Under the pieces are notes generated by a model. It searched no databases, was not told the origin of the DNA, and saw nothing but the letters and a program-made list of their open reading frames with translations. Below, in pieces: positions 14,822 through 26,020 of a DNA stretch of 64,000 nt. The position numbers were made by a program, and so were the translations under genes. The stretch's first letter is position 1. Every line of letters begins with the position of its first letter. This DNA is from Octopus sinensis (Eukaryota), in NCBI RefSeq assembly GCF_006345805.1, contig NC_043012.1, forward strand, positions 11,284,001 to 11,348,000, read 5' to 3'.

Positions 14822-14865
14822 CCACTACAAATGTTTCATGTCTGCTACCGACAATCTTCAGGTGG
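14822..14865 (-). ncRNA. Minimal type I hammerhead ribozyme motif
   Basis: Reverse complement of 14900-14943. Confidence 0.65.
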
Positions 14866-14899
14866 ATTTTCGATCTTCACTGATTAGAAGATCGAAAAT

Positions 14900-14943
14900 C
14901 CACCTGAAGATTGTCGGTAGCAGACATGAAACATTTGTAGTGG
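14900..14943 (+). ncRNA. Minimal type I hammerhead ribozyme motif
   Basis: CCAC-CTGAAGA-t-TGTC(ggtagca)GACA-t-GAAA-CATTT-GTA-GTGG: stem I, canonical core, stem II, short stem III, GUA site. Confidence 0.65.
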
Positions 14944-15023
14944 CGGTTTATTTAATTATATTAAAATTTTATGTATTGATTAAGTCTTTCCTTGTTTGGT
15001 TTTAAAATAGTGGTTTTGTCTCG

Positions 15024-15074
<51 letters not shown>

Positions 15075-15133
15075 ATATTTACCACGTGAACTACGATGAA
15101 AAAATATGAAAGATACGGTATATTATTTTTTTG

Positions 15134-15560
15134 GGCAATCTTTCGTCTCTAGTAGACCTTTCCGTCGATTTCCGTAAAAATTTTTTTTTTTTTTACATAT
15201 GGGCTTGCGGGAACTTTTGAAGTAATGAGAGCGAAAGAGACTAAGAGAAAGCCATTTTATGACGAGGGAAGTTCTTTTGAAGTTACCGTGCATGGCAAGC
15301 ATTGGATGTGTGTGTGTGTGTGTGTGTTTGATGGGGTGTGGGAGACAGACAGTATGTTGTGTAAGTGAAGTGCTTCTGTTAGTGTGTGTGAAGAGACAGA
15401 GAGAGTAATGTGTGAAAGAAAGAGATAACTGAAATTTTTTACTCGGTGTATGTGTATATGTATGTATATTACTTCAAAAGTTCCCGCAAGCCCATATGTA
15501 AAAAACAAAAATTTTTTTACGGAAATCGACGGAAAGGTCTACTAGAGACGAAAGATCGCC
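15134..15560. mobile_element. MITE with ~95-bp TIRs (Merlin-like GG termini)
   Basis: 15134-15227 is the reverse complement of ~15467-15560 (GGCAATCTTTCGTCTCTAGTAGACC...); T-run flanks; superfamily call is tentative. Confidence 0.8.
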
Positions 15561-15707
15561 TTTTTTTTTTTTGGTACGAGGGTTCCTTGAGACACGTAGT
15601 TTATTTTCAGGGTTATGCTAGGGTAAAAAGGTTGAGAAACGCTGATCTAGAGCAGCAGCAGCATCATCTACCTCATCTGATAATGAAAGTCAGGAAGAAA
15701 ACTTATT

Positions 15708-15894
15708 GGTTTCATATTTTGGCACAAGGCCAGTAATTTCGGAGCAGTGTTCGACTGGTACTGTATTTTGTTGTCTCCCGAAAGGTTAAAATGCTAAGTC
15801 GATCTCGGCGGAATTTGAACTCAGAACGTAAAGACGGACGAAATGCCGCTAAGCATTTTCCCGGCGTGCTAACAACTCCACCAGCTTGCCGCCT
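15708..15894 (-). mobile_element. SINE family B, diverged
   Basis: CTCGGCGGAATTTGAACTCAGAACGTAA match. Confidence 0.8.
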
Positions 15895-16365
15895 CAATCC
15901 TCAAATAGCTATTGCATTTGCGACTTGATTTCTTCCATCGATAAGAGTCACTTAGGTGCATTTGACGAAGTCGATGCTCAGGCGCCAATTGATGATGGCC
16001 GCTTCCATGTAAAATTTCTGAAATATTTAGTTGATGTTATCTGCTGCTCTCTAACGAAACATCTGTTGATGATATCCACTGTTTACATATTACATATTAA
16101 ACTATTTTCCCTCGTTTAAAGGTATTTATTTTACGGCAAGTGAAAATGTCTTTGATTAGTTATTGATTAAACAAAACTTGTACCGTTTGTATGTGTATGT
16201 TTGTATGTGAACTTCCATCAGTTAAAATCAACACAGAATGCTTTGTTTTCAACCCCATATTTTTTCCTATTTGTTTCATTTTGAATACAAACTATGAAAA
16301 TAAATGAAAGTATATTTGCAGCAAAATTTACTACAAATATTCAGTTTCATTTTGAGTAAAATGTC

Positions 16366-16776
16366 GGATCTTTTCGGTTTGAACGGCAGTTTTTTCTAGC
16401 AGTGTCATACGAAATTGTCACCCATAATTATGACCCTAGAATCGATCTATTGCATTTCAATCTCTTTTAGGGTTAGAGGTGGGGGAAGGGTATCTTTTTT
16501 CTTCAGAAATGTAAATAAACCCAATCTGTTTCTTAAACGAGGAACATATTCATACGGCACAGAATGCTTTTTAACTCAATAGACGTCACTGATTGGTTGA
16601 AATTGCAGAAATTGAAGAAGAAAAAAACAACAAATATCTTACAAACTATAGAATTTTCTCAATAAAGCCAAGAGAAAAAGATGTTTTATAAACACATTCT
16701 ACCAGTATACGAGGTTTAAAATTTTTTAGTTACATAGAAATTATGTTAAAAACTGCCGTTCAAACCGAAAAGATCC
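16366..16776. mobile_element. Unclassified MITE with perfect 29-bp TIRs
   Basis: GGATCTTTTCGGTTTGAACGGCAGTTTTT at 16366-16394 and its reverse complement at 16748-16776. Confidence 0.9.
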
Positions 16777-16945
16777 AAATTTACAACAAATATTCAGAGT
16801 TTCATTTTGAGTAAAATGCCTGCTACTCTAACCGTTGCAATAATTCTGTCGCCTTTCTTCACTCAACTAAATTTCTACCACCCACTCACTGCATCTCCAG
16901 TTGTCAATTCAGTCTTCTAAATGCGACTGCGAGTAAAAACACATT

Positions 16946-17075
16946 AAAAAGGTTGCAAGATGCAACGAAAATTTTAGGTAAATAAAAATAAGAAATCAGT
17001 GGAAATTTTACCGGTGAGTGTGTTAAATTATAAGGCACAAAAAGAGAATGACTCTCCCCAAACACAACAGAATAT
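16946..17075 (-). repeat. Unclassified dispersed repeat (inverted copy of 59052-59185)
   Basis: ~125-bp high-identity match between the two loci. Confidence 0.8.
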
Positions 17076-17173
17076 GCTTCAACACACAAACTCACATAAA
17101 GAATCTTGCAAACCAAATCCAAAAGCGAAATAATATTTGATAATTCTCTGTAAATACTTATCTCTGTCTATAT

Positions 17174-17558
17174 TAGCTTGCTTACCAATCACATAGTTCT
17201 GGGTTCAGTCCCACTGCATGGCTCCTTGGGCAAATGTCTTCTACTATAGCCTCGGGCCGACCAAAGCCTTGTGAGTGGATTTGGTAGACGGAAACTGAAA
17301 GAAGCCCGTCATATATATGTACATGTACATATGTGTGTGTGTGTGTATGTTTGTGTGTCCGTGTTCATCCCCCCACCCCAACATCGCTTGACAACCGATG
17401 GTGGTGTGTTTATGTCCCCGTTACTTAGTGGTTCGGCAAAAGAGACCGATAGAATAAGTACTAGGCTTACAAAGAACAAATTCTGGGGTCGATTTGCTCG
17501 ACTAAAAGCGGTGCTCCAGCATGGCCGCAGTGAAATGACTGAAACAAGTAAAAGAGTA
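17174..17558 (+). mobile_element. SINE family A, slightly 5' truncated
   Basis: Matches family A. Confidence 0.9.
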
Positions 17559-18136
17559 TGTCGTGCGTGTGTCTATATACTTAAGCTTTCTAGCTGTCTG
17601 TCATTTTGTGTGCGTGCATATCTTTATATCTTTATATCTGTGTATCGTATCAGTACAAGGTTTTCGTTTTTGACTCCGTTATCATTCAATATTTGGCAGC
17701 TCAAAACATCATCACCAGACACGGAGAGCGCGGCGGAGGGGTTAATTGTAGCAACCTGATGCTTTGCTGTATGTATGATGTCTTTTAAAATGGAAACTGT
17801 TTGAAGATTGTTTGCGAACATCAAATATATTTGCGCGCATGTGTATGTGTATATGTATGTATGTGTGTGTGAGTGTAACTTTGCATATATCAACGAACAC
17901 CAACGCGATAAAACAGGTAGCAGGGTGGGGATTTGAACAAACAGTATCTAATATCGAAGTAATAATGTCAAAAGTAAATGTAATTAATAAAGCAACAACG
18001 ACGTCTGCTAACATTTAAATTTTGGGAAATGTTTGCATTTTATGATCATTCTCCCTCACCTCCTCCTCCCTTCCTCGTATTTCACTGTTACCCTCCCCCC
18101 CTCCCCCAACCAACTCTTATTAGATTCTGCTTCCAG

Positions 18137-18292
18137 AAGTATTAACGCATTCGCTTGATTTGCAAGAAATAACAGCCAAATATCCCTCACGTAACACACT
18201 ACAGTGAACAACGTGATCCTGGGTTCCCTGCATATAGGAAAAAGAGGAGATAGTCATGTCTGGATTGGCTTTATGACCTGGGGGTTAAACAA
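18137..18292 (+). repeat. Old dispersed repeat family E (AGAAATAGCAGCCAAAT-type), also at ~35287-35490 (+) and ~41130-41310 (-)
   Basis: Weak recurring motif order across several diverged copies. Confidence 0.45.
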
Positions 18293-18379
18293 TCTGTGTC
18301 ACTGGAACTTTTGATAAAGACTTTCTTGTCTGTCTGTTTGTCTCCAATATTCTCAACCAGACTAAAGATTTACATAAGG

Positions 18380-18532
18380 TGTGTGTGTGTCTTTGTTTTT
18401 GTTCCCACATTGCTTGACAACTGGTGTTGGTTTGTTTACGTCCCTGTAACTTAGCGGTTTGGCAAAAGAAATATTAATCTCTTCGAGACATTGCTCCGGC
18501 ATAGCCGCAGTTCAATGAGTGAAATGAGTACA
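18380..18532 (+). mobile_element. SINE family A, 3' half
   Basis: GCTTGACAACTGGTGTTGG...GTAACTTAGCGGTTTGGCAAAAG. Confidence 0.75.
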
Positions 18533-18839
18533 AGATCACACACACACTCTACAACAGGCGGCACGTTGTCTTTGAGCAAGGCACTGTGTTCCATGTTGGT
18601 AGAGTCTAGTCAGCTCCCTCTCTCTCTCTCTCTTTCTGTCTGTCTGTCTGTCTGTCTCTCTTTCTGTCTGTCTGTCTGTCTCTCGCAGCCAGAGCCTCAA
18701 TGTGCCACTGGGGAGCACTGGGGGAGTTGTCGATATCTTCTCACAACTACACAGACATCTGAAACAATGAAGACATTGTACTTGCTACCAAGTCGTACTT
18801 GTTTCCTAGCGATGACTAAGCACATTTCTTTTCCACACG

Positions 18840-18881
<42 letters not shown>

Positions 18882-19057
18882 TATATATATAATGCGTGTG
18901 TTTGTGTTTACATTTGCTCTTCTCCAAAAGTCACTCAGTTACTGTTGGTAACGTCAATAGCTCATTGTTCGCATGTATTCATACATATACACATATATAG
19001 ATCTTGTGTACATTTATGTATGTATATGTATAAATATATATACATAAATGATGATAA

Positions 19058-19290
19058 AGGCGGAAGAGCTGGCAGAAACGTTAGCACTCCGGGCGAAATG
19101 CTTAGCGGTATTTCGTCTGCCGTTACGTTCTGAGTTCAAATTCCGCCGAGGTCGACTTTGCCTGTTATCCTTTCGGGGTCGATAAATTAAATACCAGTTA
19201 CGCACTGGGGTCGATGTAATCGACTTAATCTGTTTGCCTGTCCTTCTTTGTCCCCTCTGTGTTTATCCCCTTGTGGGTAGTAAAGAAATA
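19058..19290 (+). mobile_element. SINE family B (Meta-domain-like), full length
   Basis: B-box GAGTTCAAATTC, then GGTCGACTTTGCC...ATCCTTTCGGGGTCGATAAA, AAAGAAATA tail. Confidence 0.9.
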
Positions 19291-19293
19291 TAT

Positions 19294-19326
<33 letters not shown>

Positions 19327-19653
19327 AATGATGATGATGGCTCTTAACTGAAGAAGGCCGTGATTGACCATTGCCCATGTAAAATGGCAGCAATGCCTGT
19401 GCATGAGGGTATTGCAATAATAATCGGCGTCACCCAGGATCACGTCCGCAGCTTCCATGCTCACTGCAGTGCCCTCCTACCTGACCGAGCACCAGATTGT
19501 CACCTTGCTAGTGAGTAAACAACCTGAAATTTTCGGTCCAATAAGGCTAGCACAGCACCTCACAGACCCTCTCCACCCTACTGACATGATCCAGAGACAA
19601 ATTATAGCAAGATATCCAATGCTAATGTACCTCACAAGACCAGGGATGTAGGA

Positions 19654-19696
<43 letters not shown>

Positions 19697-19785
19697 CATA
19701 TACATATACATATGTAAATATACGTATATAAATACACACACATATATATATATATATATATAATATATATATATATATATAATAT

Positions 19786-19996
19786 ATAGTTAATCCAAAC
19801 ATGAAAACACAAAGAGAAAACACAACAACGCAAGGACATGGAACAAATATAGTATTATTGGACGCTCAGGAAGGAAGGGAAGAAGGAGGGTTTTACATTT
19901 CGAGCGGAGCTCTTCGTCAGAAACATAGGAAAAGGAAAGTTCCAGAGAAGGGAAGACAGAGGAAAAAGAATTGCCAACGGTACACACGCGGTCATA
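19786..19996 (-). mobile_element. Penelope-like LTR family P2 (related to P1)
   Basis: Same layout as P1: pyrimidine tract, hammerhead, CCTGAGCGT motif, T-rich 3' part. Confidence 0.7.
19890..19924 (-). ncRNA. Minimal type I hammerhead ribozyme motif
   Basis: GTTT-CTGACGA-a-GAGC(tcc)GCTC-GAAA-t-GTA-AAAC; canonical core, stem III C replaced by T. Confidence 0.7.
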
Positions 19997-20027
19997 AATA
20001 CATACATATGAAAATATTGTATCCATT

Positions 20028-20058
<31 letters not shown>

Positions 20059-20684
20059 GTCTCTCTCTCTCTGCATGCTGGGTGGTGGCAATGTACTCAG
20101 GGTTGATAAAATAAGTACCAGTTAACTACTGGGGTCAATGTAATCAACTTACTCCTTCCCCTAAAACTGCTGCATTTGTGCCAAAATTTGAAATCATTAC
20201 TATTACTATTATTGTTATTATTATTATTATCAATAAATATATTATTATTATTATTATTTATTATTATCATTGCAATTGTCGTTTTAATTATTGATATGAT
20301 TGGTGTTTTTGTCATTTTTTTACTAATCAAAAGAATGAAATCTACCATAAAATATCAATTCAACTCTTAATTGAATCTGATTGGCTACTCTTTCCTCTCC
20401 CTCCTCGTATTTGCATAATGATTGCAAGACACACACACACACACACACACACACACTGGTGTATTTTCAATGGCTGGATATCATTCCTATCACCTGTTTC
20501 CAAGCAAGGTAATATTTCACTATGGCCTGACATGATGTTTTCTCACAGAATACTGGAAATAGATGATGCTACCTGTCTGACAGTGAAAAAAATCATTTTA
20601 CGTTTATCATGTGACGTCAAGACAAGGAGACAGCCATGCGTACACATTTACCTTTACTCACACACATTCGTACATGCATACACA

Positions 20685-20815
20685 TATGATGGGCTTCTTT
20701 CAGTTTCCATCAACCGAATGCACTCATAAGGCTTTGGTTGACCTTAGGTTATAGCAGAAGACACATTCCCAAGATATTGTGTAGTAAGACGGACCTGGAA
20801 ACATGTGGTTTCCAG
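20685..20815 (-). mobile_element. SINE family A head, diverged
   Basis: GGGCTTCTTTCAGTTTCC match. Confidence 0.7.
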
Positions 20816-21069
20816 GGTCAGTCTTACATTTATATGAATATGTGTATATATCATCATCATCATCATCATCATGATTTAACATCCTTTTCTATGAGAGCAT
20901 GGATTGGACAGTTCGACAGATGCTTGCCAGCTGCAGATCTGTCCAGGCTCCAATTCTCTTTGAAGGTTCAGCTTGTTTGTCTACATTGGACAATCAGATG
21001 AAAGTAAGCAAGACAAAGGTTTGAACTCATTAGCAATCTTTTTCTTGTAAAATTTGATATACATGTGTA

Positions 21070-21479
21070 TACTCTTTTCTCTCTTTTACTTGTTTCAGTC
21101 ATTTGACTGCGGCCATGCTGGAGCACCGCCTTTTTTAATCGAGCAATTCGACCCCGGACTTATTCTTTTGTAAGCCCAGTACTTATTCTATTGGTCTCCT
21201 TTGCCGAACCGCTAAGTAACGGAGACATAAACACACCAGAATCGGTTGTCAAGCAATGCTAGGGGGACAAACACAGACACACAAACACACCCACGCATAT
21301 ATATATATATATATACGACCGGCTTCTTTCAGTTTCCGTCTACCAAATCCACTCACAAGGCTTTGGTCGGCCCAAGGCTATAGTAGAAGACACTTGCCCA
21401 AGGTGCCACGCAGTGGGACTGAACCCAGAACCATGTGGTTGGTAAACAAGCTACTTACCACACAGCCACTCCTACGCCT
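21070..21479 (-). mobile_element. SINE family A, full length
   Basis: Reverse complement of family A. Confidence 0.92.
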
Positions 21480-21617
21480 ATATATATTACTTTTTGATGT
21501 ATATTGTTTTATTCTGTTGGATTTGGATGTTCCTATTTAAGTAGTTAATAAATAATATGAATTGGTAATATCTGTAAGTTGATGATTGAAAGGAATCTGT
21601 TCCTCCATTTTCTTATT

Positions 21618-21649
<32 letters not shown>

Positions 21650-21764
21650 AACACACACACAGTACACACATTCACACACACTCACACACATGTATGTTAT
21701 TTGTTTGTATGTATGTATATAGGTGTGTGTATGTTTGTATGCAATTATTTATGTGTAGTACATA

Positions 21765-22580
21765 CATTAATTTAGCAAAGGCCAAAAGGTACTGGAAAGC
21801 AGGAAAGCAGACTAATGGCTAATCTGCTCTTAGAAATGACTCTGCTTGATATGTGGGAAAAAAGTAGGCAGAAATTCCATATGGTACACATAAGAGATGC
21901 ATTGAAATCACAGAAGGTTAACAGAGAAAGTAGTCGTTATGTGTGGCAGATGTGCAGGTACAATAAACACTAAGAATACACAGGTAATAAATTTCCTCAG
22001 ACAAATCCTTAGAGGTAGTAGATAGTTTCAACTAACTAGGTGACCAAATTAGTAGTGGAAGGAGATGCTCTGAAAGTATAGTTGCTAGAATAAGAACCAG
22101 CTGGGCAAAGTTCAGAGAATTATAACTTTTGTTGGTAACAAAAGCCTCTCCCCTAGTGTAAAAGCAGATTTTATGATACCTGTGTGTGGACAGCTATGCT
22201 ACATGCCAGTGAAACATGGGCTGAGGGTGCAGAAGATTGACAAAGGATTGAAAGAAATGAAGCCAACATGTGCTGCTAGATGTACAGTCTCAGTGTACAT
22301 GTAGGATAAAATGTAAATGTTTTGTGTGTGAAGTTGTGTATAAGAGGCACCAGAGAGAAGATTGTGCTGGTAGGGGTCATATGATGTGAATGAAGGAAGA
22401 CGATTGCATAAAGAAGTGCTGAGGGAACCTATAGAAAAGGAAGACTTAGGAAGATGTGAGACTAAGTGTGAAAAATGATCTTCAGATGTTGGACTTTACA
22501 GAGAAGATGATGAATGACCGAGGCAATTGGTAATTTACTGTGCTTGAGAAGACCTGTCCAGCTAAGTAACGCCAAGCAAA
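21765..22580 (+). mobile_element. RTE-clade LINE relic (C-terminal RT region, many stops and frameshifts)
   Basis: Translates to SLEVVDSFN*LGDQISSG..CSESIVARIRTSWAKFREL and AMLHASETWA, matching RTE ORF motifs (F.YLG, L.GSETW). Confidence 0.85.
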
Positions 22581-22709
22581 GAAGATGTATCCTTTATGTC
22601 CATGCTCCCACATACAACCTGTCCTGACAAATGTCTCTCTCACATGCCATCTTCTCATTACCTCTTTCCACCCACCTGTGTCCACCATGTACTGTATTCC
22701 CTTCCCCTG

Positions 22710-22737
22710 TATATATATATATATATATATGTGTGTG

Positions 22738-22770
<33 letters not shown>

Positions 22771-22938
22771 GTGTATGTGAGTGTGTGTATATATATGTGT
22801 GTGAGTGTGTGTATATATATGTGTGTGTGTGTGTGTATATATATGTGTGTGTGTGTGTATATATGTGTGTGTGTGTGTGTGTGTGATGTGTGTGTATATA
22901 TGTGTATGTGTGTGTGTGTATATATACAGACACATATA
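22710..22938. repeat. (TG)n/(TA)n compound microsatellite
   Basis: Directly visible. Confidence 0.95.
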
Positions 22939-23077
22939 TAGCAGTTCGGCAAAAGAGAGCAATACAATAAGTACTAGGCTTCCAAAGAATAAATCCTGAG
23001 GTCGATTTGATCGATTAAAGGCGGTGCTCCAGCATGGTCGCAGTCAAATGACTGAAGCAAGTAAGAGAGTAAAAGAG
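22939..23077 (+). mobile_element. SINE family A 3' tail
   Basis: Matches family A 3' end. Confidence 0.85.
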
Positions 23078-23118
23078 ATAGTAAGTTCTAACTATTTGTG
23101 TGCATTTCTGTATATATA

Positions 23119-23450
23119 GGAGCACTCCGTCGGTTACGATGACAAGGGTTCCAGCTGATATGATCAACGGAACAGCTTGCTCATGGAATTAACGAGCAAG
23201 TGACTGAGCAATTCACAGACATGTGTACCCCTAACGTAGTTCTCAGGGAGATTCAGCGTGATACAAAGTGTGACAAGGCCGGCCCTTTGAAATACAGTTA
23301 CTACTAATTTTTGCCAGCTGAGTGGACTGGAGCAACGTGAAATAAAGTTTCTTGCTCAAGGACACAACACGTCGTTGGGAAACTGGGAATCGAACTCACA
23401 ACCTTACAATCATGAGCCAAATGCCCTAACCACTAAGCCATGTGCTTTCA
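23119..23450 (-). mobile_element. SINE family C (head H1 + tail T2)
   Basis: Head matches 8444; tail matches ~43780-43960. Confidence 0.85.
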
Positions 23451-23476
23451 TACCTACACATATATATATATATATG

Positions 23477-23660
23477 CTGGTAGCAGGTAAAAGCACCCAC
23501 TACACTCTCGGAGTGGTTGGCATTACGAAGGGCATCCAGCTGTAGAAACATTGCCAGATCAAGATTGAAGCCTGGTGCAGCCATCTGGTTCGCCAGCCCT
23601 CAGTCATTCGTCCAACCCATGCTAGCATGGAAAGCGGATGTTAACGATGATGATGATGAT
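23477..23660 (+). mobile_element. RTE-type 3' end (family D) with (GAT)n tail
   Basis: GAAGGGCATCCAGCTGTAGAAAC...CCCATGCTAGCATGGAAAGCGGA; recurs about ten times in the window. Confidence 0.8.
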
Positions 23661-23681
23661 GTGTGTGTGTGTGCGTGCATA

Positions 23682-23713
<32 letters not shown>

Positions 23714-23716
23714 ATA

Positions 23717-23794
<78 letters not shown>

Positions 23795-24341
23795 ATGCAT
23801 GTATGTGTATGTAATTATTTATGTACATACATTATGTAAGTCTATAGCTATTGTGGTGTGTGTGTGTGTGTGAATGTAGAATGTTGCACGGTTGTCGCAA
23901 TTTCACCGTAAATAAATGTGAGAATCAAGCCGGTCGCCGTTAATGATTCTCTCAGCCTGTCAGATATATTTCTTCCATTTTTTTTCTTCTTTTCCCAAAT
24001 AAATTGAATACAACAGAAGAATACATTACATTTAAATAGAATAAGATCCATTAACAGATAAATAAGTGTGAATTAATTATAAAACAACATTCTGCTCTCC
24101 ATTGTCATCTCATGTATACTCTGTGTGTGTGTGTGTGTGTGTGCTTTTTTTTATATGTCTTTGTATGTGTGTGTTTACTGTTTTGTGTGGTTGCATTTGT
24201 GAAACTTTGTGTGTATGTGTGTGTATGTGTGTGTGTGTGTGTGTATGTGTACGTGGCCTTTTTATCTGTATAAATCTATAAATGGTATAAAACATTTATT
24301 GCAGATACTATTTCTTTCCGACAGATTCCTTTCTCATTACG

Positions 24342-24389
<48 letters not shown>

Positions 24390-24903
24390 TATCATTATTT
24401 TTTTCTGTTGTAAATATAAGCTTTCATCATCATCATCATCAGCAGCATCACTATCATATTATTGTACTGATCTTCCCCATCCTTAACCATCCACCCCACC
24501 CCACCCCAATCATTGTCATTATTACCATCTTCCTCGCCATCACCTCTGTCATCATTTGCATCATCATCACCATCATCACAACCATCATCATCATCATCGT
24601 ACATCATACATCATCCAATACATTATCATCCTCATTATTCTTTAAACAACCTCATGTTTTGTTCTTGCTATTCTCCATATCAAATTAGATTCCATAAATG
24701 TTCATACAACACCAATTCCCTACCATGCCCTCCTCTTCCAATTCTCATCTCAATATCAAACCTATTATTTCATGTAACATTTTTATTATTTTCCTGTATT
24801 AAGTTAAAGCAATTCAACCATGTTGTTTGTTGCTTGGCCTTCAAGGGCTTTTTTCTTTTTTAATATGAAAACCCAATAATTTGTTTGAATGTACAAGTTG
24901 TCA

Positions 24904-24937
<34 letters not shown>

Positions 24938-25030
24938 GTTTCGCTGCCCATATGCTCCGCTTCCTATGTGTTTTCTAGGGCTGCATGCCATTCCTAATGC
25001 CAGCCATTTTTGCAAACAGTAAACTGTAAA

Positions 25031-25194
25031 GGGCATGTATAGTGGCTGTGTGGTAAGAAGCTTGCTTCCCAACCACATGGTTTCAGGTTCAGTCCCACCA
25101 CATAGTACATTGGACAAATGTCTTCTACTATAACCTCGGGCTGATCAAAGCCTTGTGAGTGGATTTGGTAAATGGAAACTGAAAGAAGCCCACC

Positions 25195-25195
<1 letters not shown>
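25031..25195 (+). mobile_element. SINE family A head
   Basis: Matches family A. Confidence 0.85.
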
Positions 25196-25226
<31 letters not shown>

Positions 25227-25228
<2 letters not shown>

Positions 25229-25700
25229 TCATCATCATTTAACGTCCGCTTTCCATTCTAGCAGGGTTGGACGGTTCCCGGGGTCTGGGGAGCCCAAAAG
25301 CTGCACCAGGCCAGTCATCTGGCAGTGTTCTACAGCTGGATGCCCTTCCTAACGCAACCACTCCGAGAGTGTAGTGGGTGATTTATGCGCCACCGACAGG
25401 TGCCAGACGAGGCTGGCGAACGGCCCACGTTCGGATGGTGTTTTTATGTGCCACGACAAGGTGCCAGACGAGGCTGGCGAACGGCCACGCTCGGATGGTT
25501 TTTTTATGTGCCAACCGACACAGGTGCCAGACGAGGCTGACGAACAGCCACGATCGGATGGTTTTTCTACGTGCCCACACACGGAGGCCAGTCGATGCGT
25601 TATGGCTACGGCCACGTTCGGATGGTTTTCTTGTGTGCCACCGGCACTGGTACCACAAGATACAAACTCCATTGATGTTCATCTATTTTATTTGATTTGA
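25227..25700 (-). mobile_element. RTE-type 3' end (family D) with an internal ~60-bp tandem array
   Basis: (GAT)n tail, family D body, five GTGGCACRTAAAAA-type modules at 25381-25650. Confidence 0.8.
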
Positions 25701-25701
25701 T

Positions 25702-25734
<33 letters not shown>

Positions 25735-25869
25735 GTTGATGCAAAGATTCAATCCGAATGTGTGGAGGGCATATGTGAGGGATAGGCAACCCTGGTTGTC
25801 TACCGAGGAATATAAAAAGAACATTTTATCAACTCATTGTTCTTCAATACAAGAAAAAAAATCCTCAAC

Positions 25870-25976
25870 GTTTTGTCTTAATAAACTGCTATTGTTCCTG
25901 AAAGTTGTTTTTTTATATTCACTAAGGATTGCTCAAAGCTAACTTTCTTTCTACACCTTGATCCCGAGATCTTGCA

Positions 25977-25980
<4 letters not shown>
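25870..25980 (+). repeat. Unclassified dispersed repeat (second copy ~37431-37528)
   Basis: ATTGTTCCTGAAAGTTGTTTTTT...CTTGATCC..AGATCTT shared. Confidence 0.65.

Positions 25981-26017
<37 letters not shown>

Positions 26018-26020
<3 letters not shown>

Larger units (their letters stand above)
14645..15031. mobile_element. Inverted pair of Penelope-like LTRs forming a palindrome (arms 14733-14878 and 14887-15031)
   Basis: Arms identical except one 1-bp indel, 8-nt spacer; each arm holds a hammerhead motif; minus-strand copy extends further to ~14645. Confidence 0.8.
14484..15644. mobile_element. Non-autonomous hAT (Charlie-type) element carrying nested insertions
   Basis: TIR CAGCGTTTCTCAACC / GGTTGAGAAACGCTG; exact 8-bp TSD ATCTAGAG at 14476-14483 and 15645-15652. 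Confidence 0.93.

Noticed and set aside
15886-16119. 77-aa ORF in unique DNA
   Set aside because: Starts inside a SINE; no recognisable homology in the frames checked
25381-25650. CRISPR-like repeat/spacer array
   Set aside because: Inter-anchor sequences are homologous to each other, the array lies within a retroelement 3' end, context is eukaryotic and no cas genes are present
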